In this document: piece after piece, positions 15,001 to 30,000 of the stretch
Position numbering within the stretch: position 1 is the stretch's first letter
Layout: every line of letters begins with the position of its first letter
Assembly: GCA_964016885.1 (NCBI GenBank)
Contig: OZ024741.1
Coordinates: 401,698,001 to 401,762,000, forward strand
DNA: 64,000 bases
Direction: 5' to 3'
DNA from: Eledone cirrhosa
Lineage: Eukaryota
Position numbers and translations under genes: made by a program
Notes under the pieces: generated by a model
What the model was told of the DNA's origin: nothing
Databases searched by the model: none
Seen by the model: the letters and a program-made list of their open reading frames with translations, nothing else

Positions 15001-18000
15001 TAATACACGACAGAGTCCCCCGCTCCATTATCTGGTGGGCTCTTAGAAAACTAGGCGTTGACGAATGGCTTGTGAGGGCTATACAAGCCATGTATAAAGA
15101 AACAGTCAGCAAGGTTAGAATTAACAACGAATATAGTGAAGAGTTTAGCGTAAAAGTCGGCGTCCATCAGGGCTCTGTTCTCAGTCCACTACTATTTATT
15201 ATTGCCCTTCAGGCCATAACAGAGGAGTTCAAGACAGGCTGCCCATGGGAACTCCTATACGCAGACGACCTGACACTCATAGCGGAATCAATGGCCGAGC
15301 TAGAGAAGAAATTCCAAACATGGAAGCACGGCCTAGAGTCAAAAGGACTTAAAATTAACCTGGCTAAGACCAAAGTACTAGTTTGTAGGAAAGAAAACAA
15401 GGCGGCGGTCCCTTCTGGGAAATGGTCGTGCTCGGTGTGTAGGAAAGGCGTAGGTAGAAACTCCATTTTATGTCCTAAATGCAAAGTATGGGTGCATAAA
15501 AGATGTAGTGGGATCACAGGTAGGCTAACTAAGAACATAGATTTTACATGTGGCCGGTGCTCTGGTGCAATAAGTAGCAGCAAGTGCCCACAAACTACTA
15601 GCTCTTTCAATTGCGCAGAGGGTTCTATAGAAATAGTGGACAGCTTCCGTTACCTGGGCGATAAAATCAGCAGTGGGGGAGGGTGCTCTGAAAGTACTGT
15701 AGCTAGAGTCAGAACTGGTTGGAAAAAGTTCAGAGAGCTTATACCACTATTAGCTGCTAAAGGGTTCTCACTAAAAATGAAAGGCAGGTTGTACGATGCC
15801 TGCATACGAACAGCAATGCTGCATGGCAGTGAGACCTGGGCATTGTGTGCAGAGGATATACGCAGACTAGAGAGGAACGAAGCTTGCATGCTCCGCTGGA
15901 TGTGTAACAGTAATATACGTGAACGGCAAAGCATAAACGAACTAAGGAATAAATTAGAGATAAGAGGGATCAGATGTTGTTTACTCGAGAGAAGGCTACG
16001 TTGGTATGGACACGTGATGCGCATGAAAGTCGATAGCTGTATAACAAAGTGCAGGGCAATAAAGATAGACGGTAGTCACGGAATAGGCAGACCTAGAAAA
16101 ACCTGGGACGAGCTGATAAACTCCGACATCACACACTTACACCTCTCCAAGACAATGTCACTGGACCGAGACCTTTGGCGGTACTCAGTAACAGAGAAGA
16201 CCCGCCTTACCTAAATATATAGTAAAACCTACTCCAGCCAGTAGGCATCTCTAACAAATACACCCCGTCCCACCACCCCCACCCGATCCACACCACCCCG
16301 TTCTATGTAAAGTTATGTTGGTGCCGCGCCATCGAGGCCGAAACAAATGAGATCGTGTAGGTGTCACGACAAAAAAACACACAGTCCACGCTGTAATGTG
16401 GCCGTGTAGGCAACACGGTAAAAACCTCCCAGACCCACACTGTAAATGTGGTTGGTGTTAGGAAGGGCATCCAACTGTAGAAAACCTGCCAGACAGTCCT
16501 ATGCGAGCAAGACAATCACTCTTGCCTCAAGTGGGACTACCCCCGTCCAAACCCATGCAAGCGTGGAACACGGACGTTAAACGCTGATGATGATGATGAT
16601 GATGATTAGTATCACCAATACAGTAATACAGTTTAGTTAGTATTACTATTAGTATCACCAATACAGTAATACAATTTAGTTAGTATTACTATTAGTATCA
16701 CCAATACAGTAATACAGTTTAGTTAGTATTACTATTAGTCAATTCCTTAATTCTATCGTATTCTCAAACAAAACAAAATCCTTCCCATTCTACTTCTTAT
16801 AAATTCCTTTAAATATATATATTATGCTACTTCGAAAGTCAAAAATCCCGCTTCTACACCCAAGCACCCAGGCACCCTTCACCCTCCATCTACTTCACGA
16901 GGGACTGCGGTCAGCCACTCTCTCTCTCCCCCTTCACCTCTCTCTCTCTCTTAGCTACATATATATATATATAAGATAAATTCCCCTTCATGTTTATTCA
17001 CTTTTCGCCAATTCATTGCTGCTTCAATTATTCCTACTACGGTGTACCCATGTAATCGTAACGTACACAATTTTCTATCTACTCCACGCTTCAATTTCGT
17101 ACCTAGTCCAAACATCCAATCTCGCAAAATCCGAAATCTGTATTTTTTGTTATTTATTTATGTTTAAATACGGTTGTTTTTGTCGTATTGAACAGAACAA
17201 ATCTTGCAGTTTTGCTTTTTGTTAATCGCTTGTTAAACATTCATAACCTTCCAGCTAGCTACTCCACACCCCTCCCACCCGCCCCCACACACCACCATTC
17301 TTAATACGTGGACCAATCGTAAGCCAGAGCCCCCCCCCCCCCCTGCATCACCATTATTATTATTACGCGGACCAATCATAAGCCAGAGGCCTATACTATC
17401 GCTTGCCCGGTTGCCTTCGATATATGATGGATGGATGGATGGACTGCGGAATCCTGGAGAGTGGAAGGGAGAGAAAAATCTGGACGCTCAGAGCGAAAAT
17501 GCCAAAGTTAAAGTCAAATTCACCTCGTGGACGAGAATGCGAGCATTCCTCTTTGTTTCGGCCGCGGATGGCTAACATAACCCCATCTCTCCCCGCGCCC
17601 CACCGCCCCCACCCTCCAAACGCAATCCAAAACTTCAGAGTTGGTACCATAAATGTAGGCACCCTAAAGGGTCGCGCTAACGAGGTTGTAGAAATGCTTG
17701 AACGTAAGGAGGTCGATGTTTGTTGTATTCAAGAGACCAGGTGGAGGGGTGGGTCTGCTAGATTCATTGAGGGTAAAAAACGATGTTATAAGCTTTTCTG
17801 GGTGGGAAACGACGATGGGCTGGGTGGAGTAGGAATCATGGTAGCAGAAAAGTGGGCAGATAAGATAATAGACGTAAATAGAGTGAACGACAGAATAATT
17901 AAAATACGACTTGTCCTCAATAGAACTACGGTGACAGTAATATCTGCGTACGCACCCCAATCCGGACTGCCCGGCACTATAAAAGACAGATTCTATGAGA

Positions 18001-21000
18001 CACTGTTGCTAACTACCTCCCAAATATCTGACAGTGACTATATAATTATTGCAGGCGACCTAAATGGTCACGTTGGACAACATTGTGACGGCTACGACGA
18101 AATCCATGGAGGCTATGGGTTTGGTACTAGAAATGAGGAAGGCTCCAGAATCCTGGAATTCTGTGATGCAAATAACCTAACTATCTGTAACACTAACTTC
18201 AAAAAACGTGACAATCACCTGATCACCTATAGATCCGGGGAACACACAAGCCAGGTAGATTATATCCTTACCAGAAGACGTGACAGAGTGTCTGTTGTAA
18301 ACACTAAATCCCTCCCCCATGAAGAATGCACCTCCCAACATAGACTGATAATTAGCGACCTCATAGTCAGGACGAGACGTACTCGACAGCAGAAGAGGAC
18401 TATCCTCAGGAGAAAAATATGGAAGCTAAAGGACCCCACAGCCAGAAATAAATTTAAAAGCATATTACTTGATGCTTTCGACAGTAAGGAAGAACATTTA
18501 GAGTCGGACAATATAGAGGGACAGTGGGAATTTCTGAAAGCAAACCTGCTGTTGGCGACAGACGAAGTCTGTGGCTGGAGCAGGCCTGTAGGCAGGAGGA
18601 GAGTAAAAACGTGAGGTGTTCAGGATTGCTAGGCAATGCGTCAAGGAAAACCGTGATATTGTCGGGGAGAAGTGTGTACTTAATGATGATGGCATACTTG
18701 CCATCACCGACGCTGATAAGAAGGTAGCTTGGAAGTGTCACTATGAAAGGCTACTAAATGAGGAGAATAAATGGGAGAAAGACAGTCTCCCCCATATCAA
18801 CCCAATAGAGGGACCAGCAGTGTTAGTCGATGGGAGTATAATAAGTAAGGCAATCAAGGATATGAAGACGGGTAAGGCGGCTGGGCCTTCGGAAATAGTT
18901 GCTGAGATGCTGAAGGCATCTGGCACGGTGGGACACACCATGGTCACCCGCATAGTTAACCAAGTCGTACAGAATGGGGTTGTTCCGAAGGACTGGCATA
19001 GCAGCATCATCGTTAACTGTTATAAGGGTAAAGGAGACGCCCTAGATAGGAGTAACTATAGAGGCATTAAATTAATCGACCAGGTCATGAAGGTCACGGA
19101 AAAAGTAATAGCGCAACTAATCAGAGAGAGAATTGACCTAGATGAAATGCAGTTCGGGTTTGTGTCAGGCAAAAGTACCACAGACGCTCTTTTCATAGTA
19201 CGACAAATACAGGAGAAGTACCTAGCTAAAGGTAAACCCCTCTACTTAGCTTTTGTCGACTTGGAGAAAACCTTCGACAGAGTCCCCCGCTCCATTATCT
19301 GGTGGGCTCTTAGAAAACTAGGCGTTGACGAATGGCTTGTGAGGGCTATACAAGCCATGTATAAAGAAACAGTCAGCAAGGTTAGAATTAACAACGAATA
19401 TAGTGAAGAGTTTAGCGTAAAAGTTGGCGTCCATCAGGGCTCTGTTCTCAGCCCCCTACTATTTATTATTGCCCTTCAGGCTATAACAGAGGAGTTCAAG
19501 ACAGGCTGCCCATGGGAACTCCTATACGCAGACGACCTGACACTCATAGCGGAATCAATGGCCGAGCTAGAGAAGAAATTCCAAACATGGAGCAGTGAGA
19601 CCTGGGCATTGTGTGCAGAGGATATACGCAGACTAGAGAGGAACGAAGCTTGCATGCTCCGCTGGATGTGTAACAGTAATATACGTGAACGGCAAAGCAT
19701 AAACGAACTAAGGAAAAAATTAGAGATAAGAGGGATCAGATGTTGTTTACTCGAGAGAAGGCTACGTTGGTATGGACACGTGATGCGCATGAAAGTCGAT
19801 AGCTGTATAACAAAGTGCAGGGCAATAAAGATAGACGGTAGCCACGGAATAGGCAGACCTAGAAAAACCTGGGACGAGCTGATAAACTCCAACCTCACAC
19901 ACTTACACCTCTCCAAGACAATGTCACTGGACCGAGACCTTTGGCGGTACTCAGTAACAGAAGACCCGCCTTACCTAAATATATAGTAAAACCTACTCCA
20001 GCCAGTAGGCATCTCTAACAAAATACACCCCGTCCCACCACCACCACCCCCACCCCATCCACACCACCCCGTTCTATGTAAAGTTATGTTGGTGCCGCGC
20101 CATCGAGGCCGAAACAAATGAGACCGTGTAGGTGTCACGACAAAAAAACACACAGTCCACGCTGTAATGTGGCCGTGTAGGCAACACGGTAAAAACCTCC
20201 CAGACCCACACTGTAAATGTGGTTGGTGTTAGGAAGGGCATCCAACTGTAGAAAACCTGCCAGACAGCCCTATGCGAGCAAGACAATCACTCTTGCCTCA
20301 AGTGGGACTACCCCCGTCCAAACCCATGCAAGCGTGGAACACGGACGTTAAACGTTGATGATGATGATGATGATCAGCAATACAATAATACAATACAATT
20401 TATTTAGTATTACTATTAGTATCACCAATACAGTAATACAATTTAGTTAGTATTACTATTAGTATCAGCAATACAATAATACAATACAATACAGTTTAGT
20501 TAGTATTACTATTAGTATTACCAATACAGTTTAGTTAGTATTAGTATTACCAATACAGTAATACAGTTTAGTTTATATCAGTAAAATTATGTTGAACTTA
20601 TAAAAGAGTTTCTGAAAAAACAATGAAATTTATTACGTTTTTTTTCTTCTTAAAATGTCCTTGTAAAACCAGGGGTGTCTTATATGATGGGGCATCCAAT
20701 AGGCCAGCCCATATGGTAATTATTTAGATGTAAGGAATCTAACTACTTTCTTGTCATCTTTCTAGAATCTACCACTGCAGCAGCAACTACAGCTACAGGT
20801 ATGTGGTTTACAACCTTGCTATCTAAATGCAGTCTATCTTCCCTAATCTCAAGTAACTGTACAGTTTGTTTATTCTGTAGCAAGCTGCTTTCCTTTGGCA
20901 CATTGATACCTTTTCCGTGCGTTGTTTGGCTGAGTTAAGCCAATCGCTATCAGCATAAGGAAATGTATCTCAACTTCCGCCCAAATGGAGAAATTCCCAT

Positions 21001-24000
21001 TTCTTTTAATAAATTAATTCTCTTGCAGCTTCACCCTGCTATGGTAAACAACCTCTTGCTTTTGTTACTCAAGCACAAACAATATATAACAACAAAACAT
21101 CACTACCGGCCTGGCTAACGCCTCAGCCAGTTGACCATACCTTCTCAAACCTTAATTTTGTTTGTTCATTTCTTTTGGCATGCCAGCCCAGCTAACACAG
21201 CTCTTCTCACCTTCTTTGTTAATAAATCATATAAAAACGTTGTAAAGTCTTGTGATGCTATTTACCACAACCATTGCCTTTAAATGTGATATGGAAATAT
21301 TCTTTCCAGAGGTTATGAGACTTACAGCAGAACCTTAATTCAACTTACATTTATTGATATTACGAACCATACCTTTCCAATTACAAACAAACAAATACAT
21401 TATTGTTACATATTCTGGTTATATATTACACACTGCTAAAAGTTATACTATACTATTAAAATGGTGAATATTACATGCTGCTATACTGATAACATTGGCT
21501 ATACTGATAACATTGGCTCCCTACCTTTTTATCATCGTAGTGGACTATTGTATGCGCCTTGCACTGGAGAAACACCAGGACTCTGGCTTTACTGTAGCAC
21601 CGGCTCAGAGCAGGAGAGTTGGGGTGAAAAAGGTATCGGATGCTGAATTTGCCGACGACATGGTTTTGGTGACAAATACAGTGAAGGAGGCAGAGGATTT
21701 GATGCGGGAGGTTGAGACTGTGTCGATGAGTGTGGGGCTGAGAATGAATGAGACTAAAACAAAATATCTGGTAGAGAATGTTGAGAAGCCAGAGGGGATC
21801 ACTAATGTAGGCGGGAAGCCGCTGGAATTGGTTGAGGACTTCCTGTATTTGGGAGCAAAGATTGGGAATACGGAGGATGATGTGGTTGAGAGGAAGAGCA
21901 AGGCCTGGGCGGCGTGCCACAGCTTGAGATCGGTGTGGAAGTCGGACCTTCGTAGAGACCTGAAAATCCGCCTCTTCATTGCTGTAGTGGAGTCTGTGCT
22001 GCTGTATGGGTCTGAGACTTGGACACTGATCAAGAAACTCACTCAGATGGTGGATGGGTGCTACACGAGAATGCTGAGGATGGCTCTGAGGATGAAAAAC
22101 TCAGAGCTGTATGGGAGCATCCCAAAAGTCAGCTCAAAAGTTACACAGAGGAGACTGAGGTTGGCTGGACATGCTCACCGACATCCAGAGTTGACATTGC
22201 ACTCAGTGCTCCTTTGGGAGCCCCTACATGGACACACTAGAAGAGGAAGACCAAGGTTAACATATGTTGATGCCCTAAGGACAGACACTGGTCTGTTGGA
22301 GATGCAGGATATGGCAGCGATAATGAGGGACAGAGACCGCTGGAGAGAACTCGTCCATGGATCTCGGGAATTTTACCCGCCTTAGATAGATAGATACTGA
22401 TAACATAATACATCATCTTCTTATGTTATAAACTACTTCACTGGTGACTTCTATTGATACTCAATACACAAATACAGATATTATCATTCTCACATATATC
22501 TTATTAAATACTATCTTCAATTCTATATCTTGTGATCATACCAATTGTCTTTCCTTGATTATGTGAGAAGTATTAAAGTTGTTGGTAATAGGAAAGGCAT
22601 CTAACCATAGAACTCCTGCCAAACAAAGGGTCTGGTAAAATCTTCAGCTGTGCCATAGACATGACAATCCCCCTAGTGTTGGTGATCTACATGATAAACA
22701 AGAACCCAGTAAATTTTTGTAAAGTTGTTGGTGATAGGAAGAGTACCTAGCCCTAGAAATCCTTCCAAACAAAGTGTCTGATGCACTCTTCAGCTGTACC
22801 CAGGACATGGCAACTTCCCTAATGCTGATGCCATAATAAAATACACTCTACAAAGCATGAATTTGTATGTCAGGCCACCTTGATATTATAGTCTCATTTT
22901 GTGTTATATTTTAGTTTTTACATCCTGGCTCTATATTTTATTGTAAAATTGTTTCGTTGTTATTTAAATGCCCATGTGTATGTGTGTCTGTGTGTGGTGA
23001 CTAATGAACAAGATATAGCAAGTTATGTTTTGTATTGTAGTCTTCACTGATTGATTAATTAATTAATGTTGTGTCATTTTATTTCTGTAAATACAGAGTC
23101 TTGGTGTGTGTTTAATGATGGTTTAGCTGATGCCTCATTAATAAGAAATTGGGATATTAAGACTTCAAGTAATGAAGAACATGTCAATTCAATCAGACCT
23201 GGTGGAAAAGGATGGAAACCTGCTCTCAATGATACTAAACGTACTGTAAGAATTTTTGTAGGAGATTCTTTAAGATATGGTGGATCAATAAGATTACTCC
23301 AGACTAAATATGTTGAGAAGTTTGATGTGATACTCTCTGATGGACAGGTAAAATATATTCTGATGTAAATTATTTTATTATTTCATAGGTGTATTGGCAG
23401 AGTCGTTAGAATGTCGAATATAATGCTTTGTGGCATTCATTTTGGCTATCTACTCTCTGGGTTCAAATCTCGCTGAGGTCAACTTTGCCGTTCATCCATT
23501 CAAGGTTGATAAAAAAAAAGAATACCAGTCATGTACTGGGGTCTACCCTTCCTTTATATCTCCTTTTCATTTCCATTCTTTCACTCTTTATCCTTCTCTG
23601 GAAGAAACCTGCTATATTCCAATCTGGAGAAGATTGGGCCCCACCAGGTTTTAAAATGTCCTAGAAACACTATTTATCAATACGTTGCCCCTACAACTCC
23701 CTCGGGAGTTACAGGACCATATCTGCATTATTTTATAAAATGTAATGGCTGTTTCAGCACATCTCCCTTGACATCCTCCGGGGCAATGTCTTCTCCATCC
23801 TGTCCACCAGGACCACAAGGTAGTGATTTGTATTAATATATGATCCAGGATTTTATTATTTTCAATTCTTTGCAACTTCATTAAAAATAATCTTCAACCA
23901 GAATATCTTATCTTTACATTCCTATCAATTATCTCTTGGTAACAGAAACTTTGTAATATTTTGTCTTTCTATAATGCCTGAAATAAGCACCTGAGAAAAT

Positions 24001-27000
24001 CTCATTTAATGAATGTTGGGAGGACCCTTCAGTTGCGTCAAGGACATGACAACCTCCCTAGTGTTGGTGATTTACATGATAAATGCACCCAGTACACACT
24101 GTAAAATGGTTGCTGATAGAAAGGACATCTAGCCACAGAAATCTTGCCAAACAAAGGGGCCTCAAAGGACCCTCAATTGTGTCAATATAACATGAGACCA
24201 TGCATAAGCAAGACTCAGATCCCTGGCTTGCTTAGGGGACCAGTGGCTTTGCTTCAACCCTTGCTAGCAGGGAAAGTGGTCATTAATAAACAATGATGAT
24301 GATGGTTCAAATATAAGCCAAGGAATATATGACAAAAAAAATTGATGGTAGAAAAGGGGTTGGTTTATATTTTGATGATTTTCAAAATTAAGTCTATATT
24401 CGACCGTGACCTTTGGCGTCACGCAGTAATACAGAGTACCCGAGCTCCCATGGGTACAAGCTGAAGCATATAGACAATATGCCCCCACACCCTCCAACTG
24501 CAAGGTGGTCGTGGAGGTGCCACGGCAAAAAACCACCCAGCCCACACTGTAAAGTGGACATGTAGGCGCCACGGAAAAAGCACCCAGCACTCACTGTAAA
24601 TGTGGTTGGTGTTAGGAAGGGCATCCAGCTGTAGAAATCAAGCCAAATCAGTTCCTGTATGAGCAAGGCATGGTCAGCCGACCAGACACTGCCCACAACA
24701 GGACAACCTGTCTAACCCATGCTAGAATGGAAGAACGGATGTAAAACGATGATGATGATGATGATTCATTAAATTGTTCCTCCCCACAGAAATATTTAGT
24801 AAAAAGTTAAAATATCTGCTGAAGGTGAGAAAAAGCAGAGTGGGTTTTAACAATTTTCACCAACTTCAAATTCTACGTAAATAAGGTTTAATTTTTCCCA
24901 TTTCTGAGACATAAAAAAGTGGGGTTATACTGGCTTATATCTGAGTATATACAGTAACTGTTTCTTTAGTATATTGTTGATGTGTTTTAATATATATTTC
25001 TAAAACAGACAACATGACTAGTCCTGCATGGTTTTTTTACAGAATACCAAACATGTTCTTAACAAAGGACCAGATGATATTATCAAGATACCTTTTGGTA
25101 CCACTGTCAATAGTATAACATTAAAATTTTATACTGTTAAATCAGATTGTGAGATGTCTGTAACAGTATCAGTTATGGGATGTTTTGAATCAAGTAAGTG
25201 TGGTGGTTATTTAACAAACATACATTTCACAATATCTAACAAATATACATTTCACAATATCTTACAAACATACATTTCACAATATCTTACAAACATACAT
25301 TTCACTATATTTTACAAACATAAATTTCACTATATTACTATGTACATTCCGATTTATGACCGATGATATATAGTATGTGATATTTAACTTTCTTTAATTA
25401 AATTAATTTTTATTGGGTAGAAAATATCTTACAATAACATATATAACTGTTTCTATATCTGGAATATAATTGTTCCTTACATTTAGAATCAAGTAAATGG
25501 GATCGTTATTTTACAAACAGATTTTAAAACACATAGTAATTATGATATAATACACTACATAATATTTTGTCATTTTTAACAAAATTATTAAATATTACTT
25601 GTTTCCCCTCTCATTTTTCTCTCTTTTATGTGTTTACCAATGACATATTTATAATGTTCTTCTGAAAGAATTGCAAGCAATTTATAATGTTAATAATTAA
25701 ATTATACTTGGTATGAAATAAGATGCAACAAAACTTTATATATTTCTATATCTGGAATATAATTATTGTTTAATGTCATCTTTCTAGGATCTACAACAGA
25801 AGCAGCAACAACAGCTACAGGTATGGAGTTTACTATAGTAATAGAACCAGTGTCATATACACAAATAATTGTATTAGAATATAAGATACATATTTATGTT
25901 ATATGCTATAAGTAATACTAACCAATCTTCCCATTCTACAATGATAAGCCCCTCATCTAGGACTTGACATGGAGTGACACTTTCTTTTGAGGTAACTTGG
26001 TACATTTAATGAGAGACCCTATGGTAGTAAACTCCTCATCTAGGAATCAACATGTAGTGACACTTTCTCCAGCAGAAGCCAGATATATCTAATGAGAGAC
26101 CCAGTGGTGGTAAACCCCTCATCTAGGCCCTAACATAGAGTGACACTTTCTTTAGTGGTAACCTGTTGCATTTACTGAGAGACCCAGGTTTCATTGCCTG
26201 ACTAGCTGAAGATTGCAAGCTGTGAAGTATCAGCCATGTTCCAATACGTTTGTCATCAAACCTATAGCAGTGGTCTCTAGCGGTATTTTTAATCAAAGAA
26301 CCACCTACCTACTCACTGCTATTGGGGGTAGTAGTTAGCTCTACAAGGTGGAATGGCTATTTTAACACATCTCTCTTGCTAACCTCCAGCCTAACACCTC
26401 TCCATTCTGTCCTACATTATATAATATTTACAATAAAGAAATAGAAAGAAATTAAATAGATAAAGTAAATAGGTTGGGGGAGATATTAGCAGATTCGACA
26501 CCCAGTCTAGGAGATATATCTCAGTTGCACCCCACAGACGAAATGACAAACGCATTCCCACAGAAAACAGCCAGTGGTGACACCCATTATATCAGCCACT
26601 TCACCTCGTGGGACTCCCACCTCAGGCGAATGTTCCCTACCAAATTTTGCAGAGGAAAATGGTCGTTTGAAGACTGATGACACCAAGGTCTCAACAGCAA
26701 CTGGCATAAAGGGGAAGGAATTAATAAAATTCCAGTAATTGGTTAACAAGTATAATTTATGGGGTGAATTTTATTTAGATGCCCATATATATATATATAT
26801 CATCATCATCATCGTGTAACGTCCATGTTCCATGCTTGCATGGGTTTGGAGGGGAGTTTTCCCACTTGAGGCAAGAGTGGTTGTCTTGCTCGCATAGGAG
26901 TGTCTGGCGGGTTTTCTACAGCTGGATGCCTTTCCTAACATCAACCACATTCATCTAGATCGATTCTCTCTCTGATTAGTTACGCTATTACTTTTTCCGT

Positions 27001-30000
27001 GACCTTCATGACCTGGTCGATTAATTTAATGCCTCTATAGTTACTCCTATCTAGGGCGTCTCCTTTACCCTTGTAGCAGTTAATGATGATGATGCTACGC
27101 CAGTCCTTCGGAACAACCCCATTCTGTATGACTTGGTTTACTATCCAGGTGACCATGGTGTGTCCCACCGTTCCAGAGGCTTTCAGCATCTCAGCAACTA
27201 TTTCCGAAGGCCCAGCCGCCTTACCCGTCTTCATATCTTTGATTGCCTTACTTATTATACTACCTTCGACTAACACTGCTGGTCCCTCTATTGGGTCGAT
27301 GTGGGGGAGACTGTCTTTCTCCCATTTATTCTCCTCATTTAGTAGCCTTTCGTAGTGACACTTCCAAGCTACCTTCTTATCAGCGTCAGTGATGGCAAGT
27401 ACGCCATCATCATTAAGTACACACTTCTCCCCGACAATATCACTGTTTTCCTTGACACATTGCCTAGCAATCCTGAACACCTCACGTTTTTGGTCCTCGC
27501 GTTGTAGAACATGCTTGAACTTTCTTTCCTCTGCTTCCCTTCTTGCGAAGTACACTTGTCTCCTAGCTTCCCTCCTGGCCACTTGATAGTCTTCTCTACT
27601 TCCCCCATCCCGCCATACTTTCCAAGCCTGCTTTTTGGCCTTAATTGACTCCTCCACCTTACTGTTCCACCACCATGTTACTCTCCTCCTGCCTACAGGC
27701 CTGCTCCAGCCACAGACTTCGTCAGCCGCCATCAGCAGGTTTGCTTTCAGGAATTCCCACTGTTCCTCTATATTGTACGACTCTAATTGCTCTTCCTTAC
27801 TGTCGAAAGCATCAAGTAATATGCTTTTAAATTTATTTCTGGCTGTGGGGTCCTTTAGCTTCCATATTTTTCTCCTGAGGATAGTCCTCTTCTGCTGTCG
27901 AGTACGTCTCGTCCTGACTATGAGGTCGCTAATTATCAGTCTATGTTGGAAGGTGCATTCTTCATGGGAGAGGGATTTAGTGTTTACAACAGACACTCTG
28001 TCACGTCTTCTGGTAAGGATATAATCTACCTGGCTGGTATGTTCCCCTGATCTGTAGGTGATCAAGTGATTGTCTCGTTTTTTGAAGTTATATATATATA
28101 TATTTATTAAAATAACAGATTAAAGTTTAAGCAAAGAATCGCTGCTTTCACCCTTAACGGGATCTTCTGAAACTAACTAACAAAGTCAATCTGTGAACGC
28201 AGAAGTGAATATTTCAAAAAACGTTGCAACCGGAGGAAGACAAGAAGACGATACTTTGGTTCATGGAAACGTTCCCTTCACAAAACATACAGGTAATATA
28301 TATATTCCAGTAATTGGTTAACAACTTTGAGGCTTTCCCGTCTATCTACTAACGAGCATATTTTCAACGACCATTCCACATATTACAATGAAGCTCTTGC
28401 TCGGAGTGGATTTGTCGATAAGGTAGCATATATAGAGTACGAGAATAGACCTAGAAGAAATAGATCCCAACGCGTTATATGGTATAACCCTCCATATAAT
28501 ATGGAGGTGGCCACACCATTAGCTAAGATCTTTCTTTCCCTTATTACGAAGCATTTTCCCCCTACACATAAATATAGTAAAATTTTTAATAGAAATACTA
28601 TTAAAATTTCTTACTCTACGACTCCTAACCTTGCACATATCATAAGAGCTTCAAATTTAGCTAAACTACCTAGCCATAAGAACACGTGCAACCCTGTAGT
28701 TAGTGCTAACTGTAATTGTAGGAATCGGGTTGACTGCCCCCTATCCGGGAAATGCCTCTAGTAATATTGTCTACAAATGTAGGTTGAAACACCCACGTCC
28801 CATAGGGCCTACATAGGGTTAACCGCCAATAGATTCAAGCAGCGTCTTTACATGCATACCCATTCTTTTCGTTACCCTCTAAGAAGGAATATGACGTCAC
28901 TTTCAGCTTATATCTGGAGTCTAAAAGACAACCACACCCAATATAAGTTACACTGGGAGATCCTAGCTAGGGCTAGATCGTATAATGGAAATAAAAGACC
29001 ATATGACCTCTGCGCCACTGAGGCCCTGGAAATACTCTTAAACAAAAAATCTGAGGCAATTTCAGCTTGTAAACATAAATTGCAAAAAACTTTCCTGTAT
29101 TACAGCCCCACATTATACCCTAACGGATAGTACGAACTATACGTGGATATTTTACGTCTTGATGTGGTAGATAAGTATATGTTATGTTTATACCATTACT
29201 TATTTGTATAGGTAAGTATATATTACCTGTATGTTTTGTGAAGGGAACGTTTCCACGAACCAAAGTATTGTCTTCCTGTCTCCCTCCGGTTGCAACGTTT
29301 TTTGAAATATTCACTTCTGCGTTCACAGATTGACTTTGTTAGTTTCAGAAGATCCCGTTAAGGGTGAAAGCAGCGATTCTTTGCTTAAACTTTAATCTGT
29401 TATTTTAATAAATATTTGCTCTACGGTTCTTATATATTTTATATATATTTATATTTATCCTTATCGGGCCCTCTTTGGATTATTATTATTATATATATAT
29501 ATATATGTGTGTGAGTGTTTTGTATTTTAGTCTTCAATGATAGATGAATTGATGCTGTTGTTTTATTTCTATAAATACAGAGTCTTGGTGTGTGTTTAAT
29601 GATGGTTTAGTTGATGCCTCATTAATAAGAAGTTGGGATATTAAGACTTCAAGTAATGAAGAATATGTCAATTCAATCAGACCTGGTGGAAAAGGATGGA
29701 AACCTGCTCTCACTGATACTAAACGTACAGTAAGAATTTTTGTAGGAGATTCTTTAAGATATGGTGGATCAATAAGGTTACTCCAGACTAAATATGTTGA
29801 GAAGTTTGATGTCATACTCTCTGATGGACAGGTAAATCATATCTTTATTTTATAATAGTTTATTACTTTACACCAAATAACATTTCTTCTTATTTTATTA
29901 TTAATCTGTAATAATAATTATCTGATGTAAATATTTTGGGTAAAACTAATAGAAAATATTAAATTATATTTCCTTAATTTGTATATTACTTGTTTGCACC

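Noticed and set aside
29340-29395. Hammerhead-like CAGAAGA-stem-GAAA in the Penelope pLTR
   Set aside because: Core has A instead of U at position 4, and I could not build stems I and III or a UH site; at best degenerate.
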